Assembly (NCBI GenBank): GCA_023398815.1
Contig: JAEWRW010000028.1
Span: forward strand, 139,102 to 203,101
From: Bacillota bacterium
GTDB lineage: Bacteria > Bacillota > Clostridia > Christensenellales > UMGS416
Direction: 5' to 3'
DNA: 64,000 nucleotides
Shown here one piece after another: positions 41,590 through 50,524 of this stretch. Positions within the stretch are counted from its first letter, which is position 1. Each line of letters starts with the position of its first letter. The translations under genes were made by a program, and so were the position numbers. The notes beneath the pieces are model-generated. The model saw nothing but the letters and a program-made list of their open reading frames with translations, was not told the DNA's origin and ran no database searches.

Positions 41590-42657
41590 TCAGTAGCGGC
41601 CCACTTCCTTAACCAGGGCGACGATGCGGCGGAAATCAGCAAGCGACACGGTATTGGGGATGGAGTGATCGGAGGAGAAGATGTATCCCCCGTTTTGCTT
41701 CATCAGCGGCACCACGCGGCGGATTTCTTCCTCAATTGCCTCGGGCTTATCCCACAGGACGGCGTTGACCCCGCCGTGGAAGGTCAGCCGGTCGCCATAC
41801 ATTCCCTTGAGCTTGACCGGATCCATGCCAGCCTTAACTTCCACGGGATTGAGGACATCGATGCCGCAATCCAGGATGTCAGGCAGCAGGGGCTCGATGA
41901 ACCCGCAGGAGTGAAGCTCGGCCTTGATGCCGTGGGCATGGGCCCACTCCACCGCCCGCCGGTGGGCCGGCTGCAGAATCGTCCGGTAGGTATTGCGGGA
42001 GAAGAACGGCGTGTGCTTGTAGCCCATGTCGTCGTACCAGAAGATGGAATCGAAGTGATAGCCCCTCTCCCACACCTTGTCAAAGAGGGCGATGGTGGTA
42101 TCGAGGTAGTGGTTGACCATGTCAATGATCCACTCAGGGTCCTCCATCATGCCGATGAGGACCGTCTCCATCCCCGCCATCCAGGAGTGGAGAACGTCGT
42201 AGCCAAACCAGAATGTGCCGGTGATCCAGCGCCCCTCCTGCCGCCAGCGGCGGTAGTTGCGTTCCAGCGCTGCCCAGTCCACCCGGTCCTCGGTGGGCAC
42301 CATGCGGGCTTTGGCCTCCCGCCAGGCGTCGGGGGTGTTGACCTTGTAGCCCAGGAACTCCGGCGTGGAGTCGATGATGCCACGGCGCTCGCGGATCGTC
42401 ACGCCCCAGGGGGTCGTCACAATGCGGTACTCCTCGGTCTCCTCCAGCACCTCTTCGGGGTAGCGGGGGCTGTTGTCGATGCCGATGTTGGCGAAGAGAT
42501 CCACATCGAAGAAGCGGTCCCACTCGGCGTCGGCGGGCATCCCCTCAGCCTGCCAGCGCTGCAATGTGCCCCTCCACGGTGTGTCGGTGATGGGAATGCG
42601 ATCGGCCTCTTTGTGCTCGATCATGCGGAGAACCCGTTCCTGTGTCGTCATGGTCAT
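41590..42657 (-). CDS. uroporphyrinogen decarboxylase (URO-D) family protein, function unknown
   Basis: 355 aa: MTMTTQERVLRMIEHKEADRIPI...FWYDDMGYK...ELHSCGFIEPLLPDILDCGIDVLNPVE...IFSSDHSIP. This is the URO-D/MtaA-like TIM-barrel pattern. No corrinoid protein or heme genes are nearby. Confidence 0.75.
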   Translation of the reverse strand: MTMTTQERVLRMIEHKEADRIPITDTPWRGTLQRWQAEGMPADAEWDRFFDVDLFANIGIDNSPRYPEEVLEETEEYRIVTTPWGVTIRERRGIIDSTPEFLGYKVNTPDAWREAKARMVPTEDRVDWAALERNYRRWRQEGRWITGTFWFGYDVLHSWMAGMETVLIGMMEDPEWIIDMVNHYLDTTIALFDKVWERGYHFDSIFWYDDMGYKHTPFFSRNTYRTILQPAHRRAVEWAHAHGIKAELHSCGFIEPLLPDILDCGIDVLNPVEVKAGMDPVKLKGMYGDRLTFHGGVNAVLWDKPEAIEEEIRRVVPLMKQNGGYIFSSDHSIPNTVSLADFRRIVALVKEVGRY

Positions 42658-42672
42658 CCTCCTGCCCCGCGC

Positions 42673-43800
42673 TCAGCGCTCTTTGAGTTGCTTGCCGTAT
42701 ACCCGACGCCGACGATGCCGCCGGTGTTCAAAGTGCTTCCACTGGGCCTGCACCTGCTCGTTCGTCTCCAACTCCGGCATGGCGATGGCATACCGATACC
42801 CCTGGGCCAGTGCCTCGCGCAGGATGGAGGTCAGCAACAGCGCGTTGACGCCCATGTTCTGGTAGCAGGGGCGCACCGCCACCAGATACAGGTCCAGAAT
42901 GTCATTGTGCCGGATGGCGCGCAGAACCGGAATGAAGCCGAAGGGCAACAGTCGCCCGCCGTTGCGGCGCATGGCCTTGGAGAGGGACGGCAGGCAGATG
43001 CCCACGGCGGCGACGCGGCCTTCCTTATCCAACACCACCTTGATGAAGTGGGGATTGACGAAACCAAAGAACTGATCGATGTATTGCTTCACCTCGTGCT
43101 CGGTCAGCGGCACGTAGCCGTAGAGGTGGCGATAGGCCTCCATGAGGACGTCAAAAATCTCCTTGGCCCAGGGCAGAATCTCCTTGTTGCGGTGGAAATC
43201 GAGGAGACGGAACCCTCCCTTGGCCACCACCATCTGGGCGATGCGCTCGAGGCGCTCGTCTGGCTTCTCCGGCACCTTGATCTCAAGCTCAATCCAGTCG
43301 GCTTCCTTGGCGTAGCCCAAGGCCTCCAGGTGCTGCATGTAGTAGGGATAATTGTAGTAAGTGACAAAGCCGGAAATCTCCTCGAAGCCCTCGATGAGCA
43401 TGCCTTCCTTGTCCATGTCGGTGAAGCCCATGGGGCCGACGATCTCGTTCATCCCCTGCTGGGCAGCCCACTGCTCGGCTTCTGCCAGCAGGGCGGCCGA
43501 TACCTCGGGGTCGTCGATGAAATCCAACCGGGAGAAACGAGCCTGGCGCTTGTTCCAGGCTTTGTTGACGTTGTGATTGACCAGAGCCATGACGCGCCCC
43601 ACCAGCTTACCGTCCTTCCATGCCAGCCACTTGTCGGCCACGCTGTGCTCAAAGGCCGGGTTCTTCTTGGGGTTCAGGCTGTTCTTTTCATCCATGTACA
43701 GGTCGGGGACATACCAGGAGTTGCCAGCATAGAGCTTGTTGGGAAATTGCAGAAAGCGCCGAAGATCTCGCGCGGTGCGAACCGGTGTGATGGTAACCAT
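42673..43800 (-). CDS. conserved 375-aa protein, probable GNAT-fold acyltransferase-like
   Basis: MVTITPVRTARDLRRFLQFPNKLYAGNSWYVPDLYMDEKNSLNPKKNPAFEHS...KLVGRVMALVNHNVN...LYLVAVRPCYQNMGVNALL (the Q/R-x-x-G-x-A/G-like acetyl-CoA motif region). The assignment is from memory of similarly annotated proteins, not from a search. Confidence 0.45.
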   Translation of the reverse strand: MVTITPVRTARDLRRFLQFPNKLYAGNSWYVPDLYMDEKNSLNPKKNPAFEHSVADKWLAWKDGKLVGRVMALVNHNVNKAWNKRQARFSRLDFIDDPEVSAALLAEAEQWAAQQGMNEIVGPMGFTDMDKEGMLIEGFEEISGFVTYYNYPYYMQHLEALGYAKEADWIELEIKVPEKPDERLERIAQMVVAKGGFRLLDFHRNKEILPWAKEIFDVLMEAYRHLYGYVPLTEHEVKQYIDQFFGFVNPHFIKVVLDKEGRVAAVGICLPSLSKAMRRNGGRLLPFGFIPVLRAIRHNDILDLYLVAVRPCYQNMGVNALLLTSILREALAQGYRYAIAMPELETNEQVQAQWKHFEHRRHRRRRVYGKQLKER

Positions 43801-43804
43801 GGAA

Positions 43805-44770
43805 TCACTCCTTTGGCATCAATTCCTGTGTAACGCCCGTGCCAGCCTCCATCGCACGGCGACGGTTCTGGCGTGTCTGCTCCAGCATGTACCACAGCAT
43901 GCCCGCCATGGTGACCAGGCCGCCCATCAGCAGGAAGATGGAAGGGCGGTCGCCCAGCAGGAAGAAGGCCCACGTGCCCGTGATGAGCGGCTGCACCAGC
44001 ATCATGATGGACGCGGTGGACGTGGGGATGTGCCCCAGAGACCAATTGACGATGGTGTGCCCAAAGAACGTGGAGCACACCACAATGACGCCCACATCCA
44101 GGAAGAGCCTGGGTGCGTAGGGCGCGAAGGACCAGCCGGACACCAAGATGAATACGGCCAGCAACACCGCGCTGATGCCGTATACCCCGGTGGTGTAGGT
44201 ATTGACCGTATAACGGGAGCGCATCTCCCGCCCGACGAGCATATAGCCGGAGAAGAGCAGCGCCCCCAGCAGAGCCAGCAGGTCACCGGTGATGTTGCCC
44301 TCCCGCCGCAGGAGCGAATTGGCCCCAACGAGCAGGATACCAAGGAAGCACACCGCCACCCCCATGAGACTGCGGCGCGAGTACCGCACGCCGAAGAGGA
44401 AACGGTCGCCAATGAGGGTGAACACCGGGTGGGCGCAGACCAGCACCATGGAGCCAAAGGTGGAGGTAAACTTGAGCGACTGCACCCACACATAGAAATG
44501 GAGTGCCAGGAACACCCCGGACGTGGCCAGCAGCAGCATGTCCTTGCGGGAGGACACGAGCTGGCGCAGCTCCTGTCTGCCCCGGGCGGAGAATACCACG
44601 AAGGGCAGCGTGCAGAGCGCAGCGGTGCTCAGCCGCCAGAAGTTGATGACAGCCGCCGGCATGCCGCCGGCCATGATGATCTTGTTCATCGGGGCAGAGA
44701 CGCCCATCATCAGGATGCTGAACCCCAGCGCCAGATACACCGGCAGCTTGTTCTGTTCGTCGTGTTTCAT
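43805..44770 (-). CDS. DMT superfamily (EamA-like) transporter
   Basis: ORF 43805..44971. The start is at 44770 (MKHDEQNKLPVYLALGFSILMMGVSAPMNK). It has about 10 hydrophobic helices in two EamA halves. Its ATG overlaps the TGA of the upstream gene (ATGA). Confidence 0.8.
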   Translation of the reverse strand: MKHDEQNKLPVYLALGFSILMMGVSAPMNKIIMAGGMPAAVINFWRLSTAALCTLPFVVFSARGRQELRQLVSSRKDMLLLATSGVFLALHFYVWVQSLKFTSTFGSMVLVCAHPVFTLIGDRFLFGVRYSRRSLMGVAVCFLGILLVGANSLLRREGNITGDLLALLGALLFSGYMLVGREMRSRYTVNTYTTGVYGISAVLLAVFILVSGWSFAPYAPRLFLDVGVIVVCSTFFGHTIVNWSLGHIPTSTASIMMLVQPLITGTWAFFLLGDRPSIFLLMGGLVTMAGMLWYMLEQTRQNRRRAMEAGTGVTQELMPKE

Positions 44771-45777
44771 GGGTGGCTCCTGTCCTGGGTTTGATCGTGC
44801 CAGCTGGAGCGGACGCGCGCGGCCAGCTCGGCGGCGATGTCCTCCAGCGGCAGGGCGCGTACGTCGTTGGGCGCCGCGGCATGGGGCTCGTGCAATACGG
44901 CGTTGCGATCCATCCACACCGACCAACTGCCGTTGCGGGAGAGAGCTTCCAGCCCGTTGCAGCCACCGCACCCCGCGCAGGGCAGCAGCACACCGGCTGC
45001 TGTGCCGCCCGGCAGCGCTGCCAGCGAAAGGAAAAGCTGATCGGCCAGGCAGCAGCGGGCCGGCAGACCCAACTTCAGAACCAAGCCGCCGGAGCCCTCC
45101 AATACCTGGGGGCGGCGGTTGCCGGTGTAGAGGTACACCATGCCAGCTTCCAGTAGCGTGGTCTCATCAATGGCACGCACTGTGCGGCCGCACATCTGCG
45201 ACAGGGTGCGGGCAAAATCAGCGCTGTACGCCCGCGCGTGGTGCTGCAGAATGAGCACCGGCGGTCCTTCCAACGGCAACTGGCGCAGCAGATAGGTCAC
45301 CGCCACCGGCCCGCCTTTGGCCGCCGCAATGGCGACGACGCGAAGTGTTGTATCTTGGGCCGCAACGGGCTGGGGCATCGCCATGGCGGCGATGCGCACG
45401 CGGGAAGCGAGCTCGGTGCCGAATTGGTCAATCTCACTGTCGCTGCCATAGAGCGGCAGATACAGAAAGTCAACCGCACCAGCATCCAGCAACGAAAGCG
45501 CCATGTCATTGGTGGGGCTGATGGCCACAACGGGCAACCGGGGAAAGCGGCTTTGCAGTGTCACCAGGGGCACAGGGCGGCGGTACCGCCCGGCGTCCAG
45601 CACCACGGCATCGGCCATGCGCGCCGCAAGCGCGGTGAGCATCCCCTCCGGCGGGACACACCGGCAATGCAGGGCGTCGCCCCAGCGGTCCAGTTCGGCC
45701 CCCACGATGCGGCGCACGTCCTCATCGCCGCTCACCACCAGCACCTCGATGCTCCAGTTGCGTCCCGGCCCCTCCAT
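44767..45777 (-). CDS. CheB-like protein (receiver-like + methylesterase-like domains), catalytic residues not conserved
   Basis: ORF 44767..45780; the ATG at 45777 overlaps the AraC TGA by 1 nt. The C-terminal domain aligns by eye with CheB: VVAIAAAKGGPVAV versus IGASTGG, LILQHH versus VQHMP, LPCAGCGGC versus LTGMGNDGA. The N-terminal domain is receiver-like (VVLDAG, VVAISP, DFLYLP). Confidence 0.6.
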   Translation of the reverse strand: MEGPGRNWSIEVLVVSGDEDVRRIVGAELDRWGDALHCRCVPPEGMLTALAARMADAVVLDAGRYRRPVPLVTLQSRFPRLPVVAISPTNDMALSLLDAGAVDFLYLPLYGSDSEIDQFGTELASRVRIAAMAMPQPVAAQDTTLRVVAIAAAKGGPVAVTYLLRQLPLEGPPVLILQHHARAYSADFARTLSQMCGRTVRAIDETTLLEAGMVYLYTGNRRPQVLEGSGGLVLKLGLPARCCLADQLFLSLAALPGGTAAGVLLPCAGCGGCNGLEALSRNGSWSVWMDRNAVLHEPHAAAPNDVRALPLEDIAAELAARVRSSWHDQTQDRSHP

Positions 45778-46673
45778 CACTGTCTCCCCACCTGGCGGCG
45801 ATACTTCATGGGGGAGATGCCCACAGACTTGATGAAGAGCTCGTTCATACGGCGCTGGTCACTGAAGCCGGCGGCCATCGCCACGTCCTTGATGCTGCGG
45901 TCGGTGTTCACCAGCATCTCCTGCGCCTTGGCCAGGCGCACCTGCTGCAGGTAGTGCATGGGCGACTGCCCCCATGCCTCCTTGAAGGCGCGAACAAAAT
46001 AGCTGGGGCTGAGGTAGACATAGCCAGCGATCTGGCGAAGGGTCAGGTCTTCGGTGTAGTTCTCCTCAATGTATGCCCGGGCGCTGTGCATGTATTCACT
46101 GATGCGCTGGCCGTGGGGCTCCACCGAACTCTCCCACTGGGCGCGGAGCGCCCGGGAGATGAGCACAAAGAGCTCCAGCACCATGAGGCGAATCATGAAC
46201 TCGTATCCTTCGTTGGCCTGGCGCTGTTCGGTGAGGATTCGGTTGATCTGGCGGGTGACATCGCTCCACAGGCCAGCATTGATGGGCACATACTCGGTGT
46301 CGGAGGGGTTGACCAGATAATTGAGAAAATCCTTGAGGGCCGGGGCGTAAATCTCATTACCAGCGTAGTCGGCAAATTGAAAGCGCATGACGACAATGTC
46401 GCAGCTCCCCTCCCCCAGCACGGTGAAACGGTGCAGCATGCGGGGGCGTATGATCATTAGGTCGCCGGGGCCCATGGGGGCGGTGCGGTCACCGGCAAAG
46501 GTGAACACCGCCTGGCCCTGGCGGATGAACGCCATCTCAAAGCTGTCATGGGTGCTGAAGTCGGTGCTGATGCGGTTGGCGTCGTGCACCCGCTCCACCA
46601 ACTCCACAATGACCGGCACAAGGCCTGCGGTCTGCATTGTCTGTTCCCAAATGATGGGATTCGGTTGGCTCAT
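45777..46673 (-). CDS. AraC family transcriptional regulator (cupin sensor + HTH)
   Basis: ORF 45777..46832. The start is at 46673, 1 nt after the glycerate kinase stop. It has a cupin-like N-terminus (FIRQGQAVFTFAGD...MIIRPRMLHRF) and a C-terminal AraC HTH (LTLRQIAGYVYLSPSYFVRAFKEAWGQSPMHYLQQVRLAKAQEML...GFSDQRRMNELFIKSVGISPMKYR). Confidence 0.85.
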   Translation of the reverse strand: MSQPNPIIWEQTMQTAGLVPVIVELVERVHDANRISTDFSTHDSFEMAFIRQGQAVFTFAGDRTAPMGPGDLMIIRPRMLHRFTVLGEGSCDIVVMRFQFADYAGNEIYAPALKDFLNYLVNPSDTEYVPINAGLWSDVTRQINRILTEQRQANEGYEFMIRLMVLELFVLISRALRAQWESSVEPHGQRISEYMHSARAYIEENYTEDLTLRQIAGYVYLSPSYFVRAFKEAWGQSPMHYLQQVRLAKAQEMLVNTDRSIKDVAMAAGFSDQRRMNELFIKSVGISPMKYRRQVGRQ

Positions 46674-46674
46674 G

Positions 46675-47814
46675 TCAGCGTTCCATCCCCCTGCCAGTTT
46701 GAAGGGCCCGGGCCAGCCGGGCTGTGGCACCCTCGATGAGCGCCGCCGCGTTTGCCATGGATTGCTCCGGCGACAGGGGGCCGTCCGCAATGGCCATGAC
46801 GCAGTGGATTCCCTGTTGATGCACGGCCTCATACCCAGGCCCTAACCGCCCGGCGATGGCCGCCACCGGCAGGCCGCCGGCCCGGCGGGCCACACCCACC
46901 GGTACCTTGCCCAGCGCCGTCTGCTCGTCCAGGCTCCCCTCGCCGGTGAGGAGCAGCGACGCGCCGGAGAGCGCCTCGTCAAAGTGTGCGGCCTCCAGCA
47001 CCACGTCGATGCCGGGGAGCATTTGGGCTCCGCAGTAGCGCATCAGTGCCCAACCCAAGCCACCGGCAGCCCCTGCTCCCGGCTGGTTGGCACAGTCCGC
47101 CCCACCCCGCGCCGCCACGGCAGCCAGGTGGGCAAGGCAGCGCTCCATGTGCGCCACGTCGTCGGGCGTCGCGCCCTTCTGCGGGCCAAAGACCGCAGAC
47201 GCACCCTGGGGGCCGCAGAGCGGGTTGCCCACGTCACTTGCCAACACCATTTCGCAGGCGGCCAGGCGGGCATCGAGGCCGCTCACGTCAATGGCAGCGA
47301 GCCGACACAGATCACCGGGGGCAACAAGCTCGCCCCCCTCGGACAAGAAGCGCACGCCCAGCGCCCGCAGCAGACCCATGCCGCCGTCGTTGGTGGCACT
47401 GCCGCCGATGCCCACGATGAAACGGCGACACCCGGCGTCCAGCGCGGCCCGCACCAGTTCACCGGTGCCATAGGTATCGGCCCGCCGCACATCGCGGCGC
47501 TCGGTCGGCACCAGCGCAAGCCCAGAGGCCCTTGCCATCTCGATGACGGCGGTGTTGTCGGGCAGCAGGAGCCAAGCCGCTTCCACCATGTCGCCCAGCG
47601 GGCCGCGCACGGCACAGCGCTGCCAGCTGCCTCCACAGGCGGCCTGCATCGCTTCCAGTGTTCCCTCGCCGCCATCGGCCACCGGCAGTAACACCAATTC
47701 ATCCCCCGGGCAAACGCGAGCCCACCCCCGCGCCATGGCGCGAGCCACCTCATCGGCGGGGCAAGAGCCTTTGAACTTGTCGGGTACAATCACAACCTTC
47801 ATGCGCAGATCCAT
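46675..47814 (-). CDS. glxK: glycerate kinase
   Basis: 379 aa: MKVVIVPDKFKGSC...LPVADGGEGTLEAM...IVGIGGSATNDGGMGLLRALG...LLLTGEGSLDEQTALGKVPVGVA. Confidence 0.88.
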   Translation of the reverse strand: MDLRMKVVIVPDKFKGSCPADEVARAMARGWARVCPGDELVLLPVADGGEGTLEAMQAACGGSWQRCAVRGPLGDMVEAAWLLLPDNTAVIEMARASGLALVPTERRDVRRADTYGTGELVRAALDAGCRRFIVGIGGSATNDGGMGLLRALGVRFLSEGGELVAPGDLCRLAAIDVSGLDARLAACEMVLASDVGNPLCGPQGASAVFGPQKGATPDDVAHMERCLAHLAAVAARGGADCANQPGAGAAGGLGWALMRYCGAQMLPGIDVVLEAAHFDEALSGASLLLTGEGSLDEQTALGKVPVGVARRAGGLPVAAIAGRLGPGYEAVHQQGIHCVMAIADGPLSPEQSMANAAALIEGATARLARALQTGRGMER

Positions 47815-47892
47815 ACCATCCCTTATGATTCACACACGACAACAGGGCGCGGCGTGAACCGCTCCCCGCTGTTACATAGGTGGTTAACGATC

Positions 47893-47921
47893 AGTATACC
47901 ATTTGCACGATGCCGAGGAAA
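47893..47921 (-). promoter_or_regulatory. candidate extended -10 promoter of the glxK operon
   Basis: Minus strand reads TTTCCT, a 17-nt spacer ending TGG, and TATACT (47898-47893), about 80 nt upstream of the glxK ATG. Confidence 0.45.
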
Positions 47922-47959
47922 GCGGCATCCGTCACATTTTGACACAAATCACCGGTTCC

Positions 47960-48979
47960 TTATGCCCTGCGCGGCCACTGGGCTAGCATTTTCTGAATTT
48001 GAGGAAGCGGTTGCACGCCCTGCCCGCCCAACAAGCAGGCCGCCGCGCCCGCACCCAGGTCCATGGCTGCGGCCACGTCCCACCCGTGATGCAGGCCGTA
48101 GAGCATGCCCGCGCAGAAGGCATCGCCCGCACCCACGGTGGTGCGGATGTACCCCACCGGCAGCTGCAGGCTGGGCCGCACGGCCACCGTGCCATCGGCC
48201 TCAACACACCAGGCACCTTCCGGCGTGTGGATGGCAACCAGCCGCCGCACGCCCAGGCCAAGAAGCGCCCGGCAGATGGCCACAAGGTTGTGGCGCAGCA
48301 GGGTGCCGTTACCGTCCCGCGCGGGGATATCCACAATGCGGGACGCCTCAATCTCGTTGACGATGAGGTAGTCACAATGGGGAAGGCTGGGCCGGACGAT
48401 CGCGGCAAAGCGGTCACCCTCCTCCGATACCACATCCATGGAGGTGACAAAGCCGGCCTCGGTGGCTATGGCCAGTGCCCGAGCCATGCCGGTGCCATAT
48501 TCTGGGTCGGGGGCATCCAGTGCGTCCAGCAGCAGCGCGTAGGCGATGTGAAAGAGCCCGCAGCCCTCATAGGCCGTGAAATCCAGATGCTCCACCCCAA
48601 GGTGGGCATTGGCCCCCCGGGCGTGGAAGAACGTGCGTTCTTTGGTGCCGCTGTCGGTCATCACATCGGTAAAGGCCGTCACATCGTCGCCGAGGCGCGC
48701 TACACCACTCACATCCATACCAACGGCCGCCATCTCGCCCAGCACCCAGTCGCCGTTGGCGTCGTCGCCCACCAGGCCCACGCCCACCACCCGTTGGGTT
48801 GGGTCCATGCGCCGCAGCGTCAGGCCCATGTTGGGCACCGAGCCACCAACCGACCGGCTGACCGAGGAGATGCTGGCGAGCATCCCCGGCCGCGGAAAGC
48901 GATCGATGTGTTTGATAGTGTCCACCACGATGTTGCCGGCCAGCACAATGCCGGCCCGATTGGTTTCTCCCTCTCCCAT
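47960..48979 (-). CDS. PfkB-family carbohydrate kinase (fructokinase/ribokinase-like)
   Basis: ORF 47960..49189. The start is at 48979, after GGAGGA: MGEGETNRAGIVLAGNIVVDTIK... with C-terminal TTVGAGDAFCAGMLYG (PfkB signature 2). Confidence 0.85.
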   Translation of the reverse strand: MGEGETNRAGIVLAGNIVVDTIKHIDRFPRPGMLASISSVSRSVGGSVPNMGLTLRRMDPTQRVVGVGLVGDDANGDWVLGEMAAVGMDVSGVARLGDDVTAFTDVMTDSGTKERTFFHARGANAHLGVEHLDFTAYEGCGLFHIAYALLLDALDAPDPEYGTGMARALAIATEAGFVTSMDVVSEEGDRFAAIVRPSLPHCDYLIVNEIEASRIVDIPARDGNGTLLRHNLVAICRALLGLGVRRLVAIHTPEGAWCVEADGTVAVRPSLQLPVGYIRTTVGAGDAFCAGMLYGLHHGWDVAAAMDLGAGAAACLLGGQGVQPLPQIQKMLAQWPRRA

Positions 48980-49098
48980 ACCATCCTCCAGCCGGCAAGG
49001 CCGGCAGTATAAATCATGAATTGGGCTCACCAGGATGCGACTGCTCCCCCGAGCCACCCAGATATCCCGTTCATCCACACATTCCGTGGGCGGGCGTG

Positions 49099-50484
49099 TC
49101 AACCCAGGCGGTTGACCACGAAATGGTTGAGCACGCACTCTCCGGTGAGCTCCGCGCTCAAGCTGTGGTTCTCCTCCACCGGGTAACACAGGGCCGAGAG
49201 CAACACCCGCCCCTCCTGCAGGGCGATCTCCACGGCGTTATGGTCGACGACGACGCGCAGCCCCACCGGTACCCCCGGCACCAGCGGTGCGGTGAGTGGC
49301 TTCGAGAAGACCGGGTGTTCGCAGGCATTGCGGCCTGGCAGCCGTTCAACCGTGGCCGTCATGGCGGCGGTGTCCACTGTCAGGCGCAGAGCATCGCACA
49401 GGGTCAGCACCCACTGGCCCTGCCCCGTCAACTCGCCCTGCAGCACGGCCACATGGCCCATATCGGCGCAGTGGAGCTGCCGCGTGGCAGCGGCGGCCTC
49501 CCCCGCCCGCACCAGGAGCGTGGTGCGGCGCAGGCCATCGAGCTCCCTGCAGGTCTGCTGGGTCAGCATCGGGCCGTCGGGGCCCTCCACCAGCGCCAGC
49601 TCCCGTGGCAGGCTCATCATGCCGCGCCAGCCCTCCGCTGGGGTGGCGTTGGCATAGACCCAGGAGTTGAGCCAGCCAATCCACACCGTGCGGTCCTCGG
49701 CCCCCTGAAAGGTGATGGGCGCGTAGAAATCGAGCCCCCAGTCTGCCAGCCGGGGCTCGCCCTGTGGTGTGTAGCGGTAACCGTCGAAATCGCCTACGAA
49801 ATACTTGACGCCCTGCACGCCAAGCGGCCCGCCGGTGGTGACGCTCAGGGTGAAGATCCACTTCTGCCCATCCTTCCAGGGCAGCGGGAAGAGGTCAGGG
49901 CACTCCCACACGACATCCCCCAGTGCCGGCACCGGGCCGAACTCGCTGGCAAACTGCCACTTCCGCAGGTTTGGCGAGCGGTAGAGCCGCGCACGATCAC
50001 CACTGGCCACCACCATGACCCAGCTTTGGGTGGGTGCGTGCCAGAAGACGCGTGGGTCGCGGAAGTCCCGAGAAGCAGGCTCGGCCACCACGGGATTGCC
50101 TTGGTACTTCTGCCAGGTCTGGCCACCGTCCACGCTGTAGGCCAGGCTTTGCCGCTCACCGTCGTCGCGGTGGCTGGTGTAGGCCGCCACCAGCGGCGTC
50201 TCCCCCACCGCGCCAAAGCCAGTGGTGTTGGCCTCATCGACCACTGCTGAGCCGGAGAAGCACATGCCCAATTCATCTGGTGCAAGCGCAATGGGCAGGT
50301 GCTCCCACTCCAGCAAATCGCGGCTAACGGCGTGACCCCAATGCATGGGACCCCAAACGACGTCGTCGGGGTAATGCTGATAGAACAGATGGTACTGCCC
50401 GTCGTGAAACAGCGTACCGTTGGGGTCGTTGATCCAACCCTTGAGAGGGGTGAAGTGCAGCAGCGGGCGTTCAATGGCAGACAT
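49099..50484 (-). CDS. glycoside hydrolase family 32 (sucrose-6-phosphate hydrolase / beta-fructofuranosidase-like), no signal peptide
   Basis: ORF 49099..50691. The start is at 50484, after GGGAGG: MSAIERPLLHFTPLKGWINDPNG (nucleophile motif), FRDPRVFW (RDP), WECPDLF (EC). Confidence 0.88.
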   Translation of the reverse strand: MSAIERPLLHFTPLKGWINDPNGTLFHDGQYHLFYQHYPDDVVWGPMHWGHAVSRDLLEWEHLPIALAPDELGMCFSGSAVVDEANTTGFGAVGETPLVAAYTSHRDDGERQSLAYSVDGGQTWQKYQGNPVVAEPASRDFRDPRVFWHAPTQSWVMVVASGDRARLYRSPNLRKWQFASEFGPVPALGDVVWECPDLFPLPWKDGQKWIFTLSVTTGGPLGVQGVKYFVGDFDGYRYTPQGEPRLADWGLDFYAPITFQGAEDRTVWIGWLNSWVYANATPAEGWRGMMSLPRELALVEGPDGPMLTQQTCRELDGLRRTTLLVRAGEAAAATRQLHCADMGHVAVLQGELTGQGQWVLTLCDALRLTVDTAAMTATVERLPGRNACEHPVFSKPLTAPLVPGVPVGLRVVVDHNAVEIALQEGRVLLSALCYPVEENHSLSAELTGECVLNHFVVNRLG

Positions 50485-50524
50485 GGCAACCTCCCAAGTC
50501 GTTGTGGTGGTGACAGCATCGTTT

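Noticed and set aside
40894-43833. A 979-aa plus-strand ORF, together with similar giants (for example 19919..22195 at 758 aa, 723..2105, 10645..11886, 54608..55852).
   Set aside because: They lie antisense to genes with clear family motifs. Their translations are R/G/A/H/P-rich low-complexity strings with no recognisable domains and no RBS. Long stop-free antisense frames are expected in GC-rich DNA.
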